From positions 3,008,001-3,072,000 of the forward strand of contig CBDBGH010000003.1 of the NCBI GenBank assembly GCA_965205265.1: 64,000 bases of DNA, in the 5' to 3' direction. The stretch is from Alphaproteobacteria bacterium. Lineage in GTDB: Bacteria; Pseudomonadota; Alphaproteobacteria; Bin95. A program made the translations under genes and the position numbers. The notes under the pieces were generated by a model. The model had not been told where the DNA came from. It searched no databases and saw only the letters and a program-made list of their open reading frames with translations. How positions within the stretch are numbered: position 1 is the first letter of the stretch; each line of letters opens with the position of its first letter. This document shows, one piece after another, positions 30,151 through 38,791 of this stretch.

Positions 30151-30568
30151 CGTCAATGTGCTCGTGTCCGCCTTCCGGGCGGACTCCGAGCATCACGCAC
30201 TATGCCGCGAGTGGCTGACCGGGGCGGCAGCGAGCCGGGACCGGCTCGGCCTTTCGGAGTTGGTACTGAGCGGCGCTCTTCGCGTTTTGACGCATCCGCG
30301 CATTTTCCATCCGCCGACGCCGGGCGACCGGGCGCTGGATTTTGTCGACAGCCTGCTTGCGCAGCCAGCGGCGGAAAGGCTGCGTCCGGGCGGAGGGCAC
30401 TGGCGGTTGTTCCGGGACCTTGCGGGGAGACTCCGGCTGAGGGGGAACAGGCTGCCGGACGCCTATCACGCGGCGCTTGCGATGGAGCACGGTTGCGAAT
30501 GGGTGACTCTCGACCGGGGCTTCTCGATTTATCCCGGTCTCAGCGTGCGAAACCTTCTCGACGAGTGA
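30137..30568 (+). CDS. vapC: VapC PIN-domain toxin
   Basis: DVNVLV, PDAYHAALA and TLDRGF motifs. Confidence 0.88.
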   Translation: MQSPDVNVLVSAFRADSEHHALCREWLTGAAASRDRLGLSELVLSGALRVLTHPRIFHPPTPGDRALDFVDSLLAQPAAERLRPGGGHWRLFRDLAGRLRLRGNRLPDAYHAALAMEHGCEWVTLDRGFSIYPGLSVRNLLDE

Positions 30569-30610
30569 TCGGAACGGCCGGCCTTCCGCTCGGCTGCGCA
30601 GGCCGGACCC

Positions 30611-31744
30611 TCAATAGACGCCGGGGAAAATGCGGTATCTCACCCGCGCCCGGTATTCGGCCCATTTTTCGGGGCCGTATTTCCGGGCACAATGGCGGTC
30701 GTCGGCCCGCTCGCGCCAGAGGAACAGCGAGACGATGAAGACGAAATAAGTCCAGGCCCAGGGGTTGCCCGGATATCCGAAGACGAGCGCGATCGACAGC
30801 GCAAGGAAGCCCTCGCCCAGATAGTTGAAATGGCGCGCGGCGCCCCACAGGCCGCTGCACAGGATCCTGCGCCCGCCCGCCTCGATATATTCGGGCTCGA
30901 CGAGGCCCAGGAACCTGCGCCCGGGCCATCGCTTGAAGGTGTATTTCTGCAGGTTGGCGCCGCGCGAGATGCTCCAGCCGAACAGGAACAGCGCGGCCGT
31001 TCCGATGAGCCAGGCATTCGTCCATGCCGGCGGGAAGCCGGGGTCCGGCAGGGCGGCCATGCCCCAGAGCGGCAGGGCGAACAGCCACCCATAGACGATG
31101 AGCCCGCCCCAGAGCAGCTTGAAGCCGAGCTTCTCGTGGATCGGGTCGTAGGTGTAGAGCTGGACGCGCTCGAAGACGAAGTAGTCGAGCACGTAGAATG
31201 TAAACAGCGCCGCATACAGGAAGACGCCGGGATTGGAGTCCGCGCCGAAGCGTTCGTAGTGGTAGGCGGCGCCGGAAAGCGCGTTGAGCGCGAACATCGT
31301 CCCGCCGACGACATAGAGATACATCTTCACGTCGAAGCGGCCGTTGAAGAGCGCGATCTCCAGCGCCCGCCCGTGCCAGATGTCCGCAGCGAGGCTTCCC
31401 GTCTTCTCCCGGCCGCGCAGGGCGAGCACGGTGAAGACCGCGGAGAACACCGTCCCGCCGATCACCGCCGGGACCGCAGACCTGTAGAACCAGTCGAGCG
31501 GCAGGCCGGTGATCCCGGACGCCCACACCGCCACCGCGAGCGCAAACACCAAGATGCCGTTCAGGCGGTAGGGGCGGGGTGCGCCCGTTTCCGGGTCGAT
31601 GACGTAGCCCGGCACCCGCCTCGCCGGAAGGATGAGCTGCGCCGCGAGAAACACGGCGAAGACCGCGAGCGGGGTGAGGAAGCCGGCAATCGCCTCCGTC
31701 CGCGAAAGCGCGAAGAGATGGCCGATGCCGAGCACCTCGATCAT
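30611..31744 (-). CDS. ERG4/ERG24-family (sterol reductase-like) membrane protein
   Basis: Multi-TM; TYDPIHEKLGF, ANLQKYTFK, SGLWGAARHFNYLGE, DDRHCARKYG...WAEY...YRIFPGVY. Confidence 0.85.
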   Translation of the reverse strand: MIEVLGIGHLFALSRTEAIAGFLTPLAVFAVFLAAQLILPARRVPGYVIDPETGAPRPYRLNGILVFALAVAVWASGITGLPLDWFYRSAVPAVIGGTVFSAVFTVLALRGREKTGSLAADIWHGRALEIALFNGRFDVKMYLYVVGGTMFALNALSGAAYHYERFGADSNPGVFLYAALFTFYVLDYFVFERVQLYTYDPIHEKLGFKLLWGGLIVYGWLFALPLWGMAALPDPGFPPAWTNAWLIGTAALFLFGWSISRGANLQKYTFKRWPGRRFLGLVEPEYIEAGGRRILCSGLWGAARHFNYLGEGFLALSIALVFGYPGNPWAWTYFVFIVSLFLWRERADDRHCARKYGPEKWAEYRARVRYRIFPGVY

Positions 31745-31932
31745 GACCGGATACCCCTGCCTCCGGCGGCGCCCCGAGAGCGGTCGAATGCGCCCGGCGC
31801 AACAGTTCGGTCATGCTCCCCGCAGCGGCCGCTCCGCGACGCCGAGGGGACACGACAAAAGGCCGGGCAAATCGGCCCGGGGCCCTTCCTGTCGGCGCGG
31901 AGCGTCCTCCGGGAGCGCGCCGCCGGCGACGG

Positions 31933-32142
31933 CTACGAAGTGACGGTGAGGTCCTCGGCCGAGGACTTGCCGTTGCGTCCGGGCTGGAGCTGATAGCTGA
32001 CCTTCTGCCCTTCGCTGAGCGTGGACAGCCCGGCCCTCTCGACGGCCGAGATGTGGACGAAGGCGTCGCTCGAGCCGTCTTCCGGCTCGATAAAGCCGTA
32101 ACCCTTGGCGGCGTTGAACCACTTGACGGTACCGGTAGGCAT
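31933..32142 (-). CDS. cspA: Cold-shock protein
   Basis: GTVKWFNAAKGYGFI and FVHISAV (RNP1/RNP2). Confidence 0.95.
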   Translation of the reverse strand: MPTGTVKWFNAAKGYGFIEPEDGSSDAFVHISAVERAGLSTLSEGQKVSYQLQPGRNGKSSAEDLTVTS

Positions 32143-32327
32143 GTTCGATTTCTCCAGACGATGGAATTCCACGCATCGCAGCGCGCGACAGCGTTGTTGT
32201 TTAACGGTCACATTGTTGGGGGGATGTCGGTCGGCCCGGCGAACCGGGTCCACAGAGAGCACCAGACGAATGTAACGTGCCCGTGCGGTGTGCAACCTCC
32301 GGGCTGCAAAGTCAAGCCGTCTGCAGG

Positions 32328-33359
32328 CTACCTCCCGGCGCGCATCCCGCTAAGCGCCGCCTCCACATCGAAGGACGGGGTGCGCCCTTCCTGGGGCCGT
32401 GTGCCCTCGACCGCGATTTCGGGCGCGGTCGGGCGCATCGCGTCGTTCTTCAGCCAGAGCCTGAGCAGATGGCGGCGCCACTCCGGCTCCTCCCAGTCCT
32501 CGAAGGCCGTGCGGGCGTGCAGATGGGTGAAATTGTTGAACCAGAGGATCTCCCCCGGCCCGAGCGTGAACCGCAATTGCAGCTCATCGCTGCGCGCCGC
32601 CGCCAGGAAGGCCTCGACGGCCTCTTCCGCAAACCCTTCGAGCGATTCCCCTTTCGCCTCCTGGCCGAGAACCGCGTAGGTCCTGACCCAACGGCAGCTG
32701 ACCTTGCCTTCGATGGACGAGAAGACCGGCACCTTCCAGGGCGTGACGGGGTCCTCGCCGGGCGCCTCCTCGCCGCGCCGGTGCATGTAGAAGCCTTCGT
32801 AAAGCCGTTCCAGATAGTCCGGCCTCCCGGCGAACAGCCGGTTGTGGACGGCGAGCGCGCTGGTGAGGTGCGACACGCCGCCCTTCCTTGCGACGCGCAG
32901 GCTGAACAGGCCGACGACATGCGCGCGGTCCGTATGCGGGTCGAGCTCCCGGCGGTTGCGGTAGGCGCGCGCATGCGGGTCTTCGCGTGTCACGTCCCGG
33001 ACATGGCCCAGCCGGTCGCCGAGGACGCTTTGCGACATGCCGGTCCCGAGCCGCGTGCCCATCGCCCAATAGACCCGCTCCGCGTCTTCCTGCCGCCAGC
33101 GTTCGACCGGCAGGCCCGCCATCACCGCGAAGCCGCGCCCGTCCCGCAGCTCGTCGTAGAGGGCGGCGAGCCGCGCCTCGACCGACGGGCAACGGAAATC
33201 GTCCCTGCCGATGTCGTCGAGCGCCTTGCCCGCCCGGTCCATCTCCCGGATGAACCCGTCAAGCTCCGCGATCTCAGCCGCCGTCAGCCGGACCGTGTAG
33301 TCCTCCGGGCCGGCGAAATCCCCGACGGTCCAGATACCCGGGTCGTCAACGGCCTGCAT
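32328..33359 (-). CDS. TauD/TfdA (clavaminate synthase-like) 2-oxoglutarate dioxygenase
   Basis: PHTD, NNFTHLHARTAF and RHLLRLWL motifs. Confidence 0.88.
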   Translation of the reverse strand: MQAVDDPGIWTVGDFAGPEDYTVRLTAAEIAELDGFIREMDRAGKALDDIGRDDFRCPSVEARLAALYDELRDGRGFAVMAGLPVERWRQEDAERVYWAMGTRLGTGMSQSVLGDRLGHVRDVTREDPHARAYRNRRELDPHTDRAHVVGLFSLRVARKGGVSHLTSALAVHNRLFAGRPDYLERLYEGFYMHRRGEEAPGEDPVTPWKVPVFSSIEGKVSCRWVRTYAVLGQEAKGESLEGFAEEAVEAFLAAARSDELQLRFTLGPGEILWFNNFTHLHARTAFEDWEEPEWRRHLLRLWLKNDAMRPTAPEIAVEGTRPQEGRTPSFDVEAALSGMRAGR

Positions 33360-33419
33360 CGGTCTCTCCCGCGATTTGCGCCCTGCATTCCACGGTCCGC
33401 CACCATACAGCAACAGACT

Positions 33420-33570
33420 GCGGGACGAAGCGCGGCTTGCTCCGCCGCGCCTGGCGCAGCACATGACGCGGCGCGAATTCGTCCATGAACACGAATGGCG
33501 GCGCGGCGATATCGCGCTCTGGGACAATGCCCGCGTGCTGCACCGCCGCGAGCCGTTCGATCCCGCCCCG
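33420..33570 (+). pseudogene. C-terminal remnant of a TauD-type dioxygenase
   Basis: HMTRREFVHEHEWRRGDIALWDNARVLHRREPFDP with no N-terminal part. Confidence 0.7.
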
Positions 33571-33594
33571 CCGCGCGCAGCGGGCCCACGCTCC

Positions 33595-34068
33595 TCAGCC
33601 TTCCGACGGCCCCCACCAGGCGGCGCCCACGATTTCTGCGTCGGGATCGTCCCTCCCGGTCTCGAACGTAAGCCGGACCCGGCATCCGGACCTGCCGACG
33701 ACCAGACGCGGCCGGTTCTCCGGACCGATCAGAAGGCCCCGCTCGGGGTCATAGGAAAAGCCCGTTTCCGGTTCGACGCCGCCCCATCGCATCAGGGCCG
33801 CGAAGCCGCCTCCCGCATAGCCGTCGATCAGCAGATAGAGCGACTCTTCTGCAGGGCTGCCGTAGCCGAGCACAACGGTGCTTCCATCCGACACGCGCAC
33901 GGCGACGATCTCATCGAGTGCCACCGTGCCGCGCGACTCCGGACCCGCATACACGCTTTTGCGGGAAAGGACCGTCACTACCGGCAGAAGCGGAGTCCTG
34001 TTCCCGGAACGCCGCTCAACTTCCGCGGAGCGTTCGGGAACCGGTCGCCTACATCCTTGCCGGATCAA
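33595..34068 (-). CDS. Hypothetical protein; HTH-less paralogue of the C-terminal domain of 34429-35160
   Basis: Shared pattern PVV..GP...V..DEI.AVR.SDG...GY...EE...GG...WG.V...Y.P..GL.IGPE..SG.R.RL; TTG start with GGAGAG upstream. Start uncertain. Confidence 0.6.
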   Translation of the reverse strand: MIRQGCRRPVPERSAEVERRSGNRTPLLPVVTVLSRKSVYAGPESRGTVALDEIVAVRVSDGSTVVLGYGSPAEESLYLLIDGYAGGGFAALMRWGGVEPETGFSYDPERGLLIGPENRPRLVVGRSGCRVRLTFETGRDDPDAEIVGAAWWGPSEG

Positions 34069-34428
34069 GCGGATCTCTCCTATTCTCCTGCCGCCGAACC
34101 GCGAGGCGTGTCCTCGCGGGATGCCCGGCAGGCTGACGGAGCTGCACCGCCGACCGCCTCTTCAGGCGGGACAACGGGAGTGAGGATCATGCAGCTCCGC
34201 CAGCCATGCGGGCCAATATGGGCCGGCGAATTCCGGATGGCCATAAAGTTTGCTTCAGTTCAGGAATTTATTTTTGGCGAAATATAAAGTTTTCTTCACT
34301 TTCAATTTGTGCAGTCTATTTCCCGACCCCATTCGCACGGTCATTTCCCGATCCGATCAACGGGCGCTATGTCCGCGAGGCCCGCTGCGAGACGATATGC
34401 ATGCCATAAAGCGGTGAGCACATGATGC

Positions 34429-35160
34429 TCAACCTTCTTCCTCTTGCCCTGTCACTGAGTAAACATAGGCCTGTTTAGCCGCTCTCTCATTTCTCTCCTT
34501 CAGGTATTCAAGCCGTATGCGGGTTCCGGAAGCCACGACCAAAAGCTGTGTCTGCCCCTCGGGGCCGATTCGCAGTCCCACCCCGGGCTGGTAAACGATC
34601 CTCGCTGTCTTCGCATCGACTTTGCCCCACTTCAACAGCTTGTGTATGTCGCCCCCGAGCCACCTTTCAGCCAGCCTGATGAGCGCGTATTCCTCTACTG
34701 GCGAATAACCGATGGGAATGTTCTCGCCGTCCGAAAGACGGACTGCCATGATTTCATCCATCTCTACCGAATCCAATTCTCTAGGTCCGTCGATCAGAAG
34801 GTCAACCGTAATTACAACCGGAACGCCGACATATCGGTCCTCTTCGTATTCACCTTCGTTCGCTTCTCCGGGAACGTCTTCCAGAAGATCGCTGACCTCC
34901 ACTCCCATGCCGACGGCAATGAAGCGAGCGGTTTTCGGGTCTACGTTTCCACCGTTGTTCTCGATCTTGCTGAGCGTAGCCATTGAAATCGGGTCGGGGT
35001 TGCCGTGTTTCATTCGGTCCCTGACCCATTCGATCATGGGCTTGTCATCCGAGTTCAGGACGTTGTCGATCAACTCCTTTATGAATTGCGGTTGGGTCAG
35101 GGCCATGGATTTTCGACGTTCGCGTACCATGTTCCCGCGTAGCATAAAGGACCTGGACAT
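34429..35160 (-). CDS. XRE-family HTH protein with unrecognised C-terminal domain
   Basis: VRERRKSMALTQ...ISMATLSKIEN...IAVGMGVEVSDLL (HTH_3 with an insertion); GAGGA upstream; lower GC. Confidence 0.8.
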   Translation of the reverse strand: MSRSFMLRGNMVRERRKSMALTQPQFIKELIDNVLNSDDKPMIEWVRDRMKHGNPDPISMATLSKIENNGGNVDPKTARFIAVGMGVEVSDLLEDVPGEANEGEYEEDRYVGVPVVITVDLLIDGPRELDSVEMDEIMAVRLSDGENIPIGYSPVEEYALIRLAERWLGGDIHKLLKWGKVDAKTARIVYQPGVGLRIGPEGQTQLLVVASGTRIRLEYLKERNERAAKQAYVYSVTGQEEEG

Positions 35161-35456
35161 TTCTCTTCCTCCTCGAAGTGAGTGGCGTTACCGTCCTATA
35201 TGTTGACCGGCAGTCCCTATGGCGGGCGAGACAGCCGGAAGAGGCCCGACCCGCTGTCCGGCGTCACCGGCCGGAGGCAGGGCCGTTGGGTTCGCACGAG
35301 GCAGCCTCCTTCCTTCCGATGGTGCGCAGTACGACGCGGAATCGTCGTTTTACGGCACCGGTCCGGGCAAGCTACCCAAATCGCCGGTCGTGACAAAGGG
35401 ACGATTCTGGTCACAACTGCGTGAGTAAATTTGCAGACAATTGACGGTTTCTTGAA

Positions 35457-35720
35457 TGCCCCGCTCGGGGATCGTACGAAAATCCCGTTTCCGGCTCGAC
35501 GCCGCCCCGGCGCATCAATGCCGCGAACCCGCCGCCCGCATAGCCGTCGATCAGGCAGATAGAACGCCTCTTCTTCAACGCCCCCGTAGCCGAGTATCGG
35601 CGCGCTCCCGTCCGACTGGCGGACGGCGACCATCTCGTCGAGCGCGACCGTGGCGCGCTCGCCGGGGCCGCCATGGATGAATTTGCAGGAAAGCACTATC
35701 GCCACCGGCAGAAGTGCAAC
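35457..35720 (-). pseudogene. Frameshifted, truncated second paralogue of the same domain
   Basis: LLPVAIVL..GPGERATVALDEMVAVRQSDG..GYG..EE..YL / LIDGYAGGGFAALMRRGGVEPETGFSYDP; extra bases at ~35554 and ~35470 relative to the 33.6-kb copy. Confidence 0.75.
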
Positions 35721-36344
35721 TCCCTCCTTTGGCGCAATCGGCGCTTCTTCGGAACGCCGCAGCCGTCCCCTTGAGCTTCCGGGAAAGCGGCGCGGAGTCC
35801 GCTGCCGTAACGGGCGAGTCTCCTGCGTTCCCTCGCTGTCCGACCGCATGGCGCGCCCTTCGTGCATTGTTTCCGGGCTGGAGGAGCGGCCCGAACAACC
35901 GGCTCATCACGTCCGGCGGTCGGGGGAGGGCCGTGCGCTCCTCCAGCTATGGACTCAATTCTATCAACAACTCCCATGCAGCGAGCAAGCTGCCATAATC
36001 CCTTATATTTCTTGGAAATTATGGTTCCCAGCAGCGATAGCCCGGACGCCTCGCGCACAATTTCCCCGGTCCGGGAGACCATTCTCCGGGTATCGGAAAA
36101 GTAAACCTACTTCCAAAAAGTTCGGACCGGAGGGAGCCTGTCGCAAAACTACCGCTGCCGGGAACGACGATTACGTCAATCGGGAATTTTTGGTGGCGCG
36201 AAACGGTTTTCCGCATGGCCATTTGTCGCGCGGGTCGAAATATGTGTCAGGGAAATACGGCCGAGCGTCCTTCCTGCGGCGGACGCAAGAGAGGTCCCGC
36301 AGGCGCTTGTGGGAGGGGCCAGACGGTGTAGGATTCCTGCCGTC

Positions 36345-37172
36345 ATGCGCAGCGATGTGGCCGAGCTTCACGCCTTCTATGACGGGCCGCTCGGGCGGGC
36401 GGCGGGGCTTGTGCTGGCTGAGCGCGTGCGACGGCGCTGGCCTTCGCTCGGCGGGATGCAGGTGCTGGGCCTCGGCTATGCGCCGCCCCTGCTCGACGGG
36501 CTCGGCGACGGGAGCGCGCATGTGCTGGCGGCCATGCCGGCGGGACAGGGCGCGCTTCGCTGGCCGGCGGAGGGCCGGTGCCGGACGGTGCTGACGGAAG
36601 AGGACGCACTGCCCTTCCCCGACCTCGCCTTCGACCGCGTGCTGCTCGCCCACGATGTCGAGACCTCGGACCATCTGGCGGGGCGGCTCCGCGAGGTCTG
36701 GCGCATCCTGGCGGCGGAGGGCCGGCTGATGGTCATCGCGCCGAGCCGCCGCGGCCTCTGGGCGCGCTTCGAACACACGCCCTTCGGCCACGGCCGGCCC
36801 TGGTCCCGCTCGCAACTGGAGCGGCTGCTGCGCGAGGCGATGTTCGAGCCGCTCGGCAGCGAGGAGGCGCTGTTCGCCCCGCCGCTCCGCCGGCTGGTGC
36901 GGCCGGGCGCGGCGGAGGCGTGGGAGCGGTTCGGGCGGCGCTGCCTGCCGGTATTCGGCGGGGTGGTAATTGCCGAGGCGGCGAAGCGGCTCGCGGGGGT
37001 CACGCCGCTTCCCGTGCGGTCGCGCCGGTCGTTGCTCCAGGGGGTGCTGAGTCCGCAGGCTACGCCGCAGCCGAGCGGCGCTCCTCGCTGCGGGCCGCCT
37101 CCCAGCCGATCAGCGCCGCCTTGCGGGCCAGCCCCCACTCGTAATTGTGGAGATAGCCGTTCGCGAGGATGA
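36345..37172 (+). CDS. Class I SAM-dependent methyltransferase (YafS-like)
   Basis: DVAELHAFY, LGLGYAPP, LPFPD..FDRVL and TPFGHGRPWS motifs. Confidence 0.85.
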   Translation: MRSDVAELHAFYDGPLGRAAGLVLAERVRRRWPSLGGMQVLGLGYAPPLLDGLGDGSAHVLAAMPAGQGALRWPAEGRCRTVLTEEDALPFPDLAFDRVLLAHDVETSDHLAGRLREVWRILAAEGRLMVIAPSRRGLWARFEHTPFGHGRPWSRSQLERLLREAMFEPLGSEEALFAPPLRRLVRPGAAEAWERFGRRCLPVFGGVVIAEAAKRLAGVTPLPVRSRRSLLQGVLSPQATPQPSGAPRCGPPPSRSAPPCGPAPTRNCGDSRSRG

Positions 37173-37905
37173 CCCGGTGGCAGGGCACGAGCCAGGAGAC
37201 CGGGTTGCGGCCGATGGCGGCGCCGACCGCCCGCGCCGCGCGCGGCGCGCCGACCGCCGCCGCCACATCGCCATAGGTCGCGAGCGCGCCCGGCGGAATG
37301 CGCAAGAGCGCGTCCCAGACGCGGATCTGGAAGTTGGTGCCGTGCAGGGTGAGCGGCAGCGGCGGCGCGGCGGCCTTGGGCTCGAATATGCGCCCGGCGA
37401 GCGCGGCGGTCTCGTCCGGCGCCTCCGTGAAGGCCGCGGCCGGCCAGCGCCGGCGCATGTTGTCGAGCCCCGCCCGCTCTTCTCCCTCGGCGGCGAAGGC
37501 GAGCCCGCAGATGCCCCGGTCGGTCGCCATCAGCAGGCAGCGGCCGAAGGGGGAATCGTGGATGCCGTAGCGGATGGCGAGGCCCGCGCCGCGCCGCTTG
37601 TAGTCGCCGGGGGTGACGGCCTCGTGGGTGACGAACAAATCGTGCAGCCGGCCGGGGCCGGAGAGGCCGGCGTCCCAGGAGGCCTCCAGCACGCTGGCGT
37701 TCTCCGCCAGGCTGGCCTTGGCGCGCTCCAGGGTCAGATATTGCAGGAACTTCGTCGGGCTGATACCGACCCAGCGGCGGAAGGTGCGCTGGAAATGGTG
37801 CGGGCTCATGCAGGCGGCGGCAGCCATCTCGTCGAGCCCCGGCTGGTCGGCCTGGTTCTCGGCGATCATGACGAGCGCGGCTTCGATGCGGGAATAGAGG
37901 CTCAT
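37060..37905 (-). CDS. Ada-like AraC-HTH / methylated-DNA--protein-cysteine methyltransferase
   Basis: SPHHFQRTF, GTNFQIRVW, NPVSWLVPCHRV (PCHR). Confidence 0.92.
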   Translation of the reverse strand: MSLYSRIEAALVMIAENQADQPGLDEMAAAACMSPHHFQRTFRRWVGISPTKFLQYLTLERAKASLAENASVLEASWDAGLSGPGRLHDLFVTHEAVTPGDYKRRGAGLAIRYGIHDSPFGRCLLMATDRGICGLAFAAEGEERAGLDNMRRRWPAAAFTEAPDETAALAGRIFEPKAAAPPLPLTLHGTNFQIRVWDALLRIPPGALATYGDVAAAVGAPRAARAVGAAIGRNPVSWLVPCHRVILANGYLHNYEWGLARKAALIGWEAARSEERRSAAA

Positions 37906-38026
37906 GGGCTTGGGTCTCCTTGCCGGGTCTCGGAGGCAAAGCTAGGATCGCCCGCGCGCGTCCGCCACCCGATGCTTGCGCATTTTGGCCCGCGCCTCCA
38001 GCGGCGGCAAAGGCTGCCCCACCCGC

Positions 38027-38054
38027 TTGATTGCATCGCAATCGACCCTAGAAT
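38027..38054 (+). promoter_or_regulatory. Putative fitAB promoter with overlapping operator palindrome
   Basis: TTGATT-N16-TAGAAT; inverted repeat GATTGC-ATC-GCAATC at 38029-38043. Confidence 0.6.
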
Positions 38055-38085
38055 GGTCTTCACCGGCGAACGGAGCACGGGACCT

Positions 38086-38328
38086 GTGGCCAGCATCACG
38101 ATCCGCAACCTCGACGACGATGTGAAGACCCGCCTGCGGGTGCGCGCGGCGGACAACGGGCGGTCCATGGAAGAGGAGGCGCGGCTCATCCTGCGCGACG
38201 CCGTCGGGCGCAAGACCCCTCCCCGGAATCTCGCGAGCGCGATTCGCGCGCGGATCGCGCCTCTCGGCGGCGTGGACCTGGAATTGCCGCCGCGCGGGCC
38301 CGGGCGCGAACCGCCGTCCTTCGATTGA
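38086..38328 (+). CDS. FitA-like RHH antitoxin
   Basis: ASITIRNLDDDVKTRLRVRAADNGRSMEEEARLIL. Confidence 0.9.
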   Translation: MASITIRNLDDDVKTRLRVRAADNGRSMEEEARLILRDAVGRKTPPRNLASAIRARIAPLGGVDLELPPRGPGREPPSFD

Positions 38329-38338
38329 GGCGGCGGCG

Positions 38339-38761
38339 GTGTTCCTGCTGGACACGAACATAATATCCGAACTCCTGCGTCCGTCGCCCGACCCGGCTGT
38401 CGAAACCTGGGTCGGTGACCACCGGGCAACGGACCTGTATTTCTCGGCAATCGGCGAGGCGGAGTTGCGTTACGGCGTTGCCGTTCTGCCGGCCGGGCAG
38501 CGGCAGGCCGCGCTTGCCTCCGCCATCGAGGCAATCCTGCAAGAGGACTTTATAGACCGGGTTCTCCCGTTCGACCGCGAGGCGGCGCGGGACTATGCGG
38601 ACATAGCCGCCATGCGCCGCGCCGCCGGCCGCACCGTGCTGCCGGCCGACAGCCAGATCGCGGCGATCGCGCGTTCCCGCGGGATGGCCGTGGCGACGCG
38701 CAACGTCCGGGACTTCGAGCACATCGGCATCGAGGTCATCGACCCCTGGACGGCGGCATGA
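38339..38761 (+). CDS. FitB/VapC PIN toxin
   Basis: LLDTNIISE, ADSQIAAIA, ATRNVRDF and IDPW motifs. Confidence 0.92.
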   Translation: MFLLDTNIISELLRPSPDPAVETWVGDHRATDLYFSAIGEAELRYGVAVLPAGQRQAALASAIEAILQEDFIDRVLPFDREAARDYADIAAMRRAAGRTVLPADSQIAAIARSRGMAVATRNVRDFEHIGIEVIDPWTAA

Positions 38762-38791
38762 GCGGCGCGCCGTCGAAGGGCGCGGGCTGAC

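Noticed and set aside
32143-32320. cspA thermosensor 5' UTR
   Set aside because: Plausible by position, but I could not identify a supporting structure or promoter by eye.
33736-35714. Diversity-generating retroelement TR/VR pair
   Set aside because: Differences are not adenine-specific, are often synonymous and include indels; no reverse transcriptase in the window.
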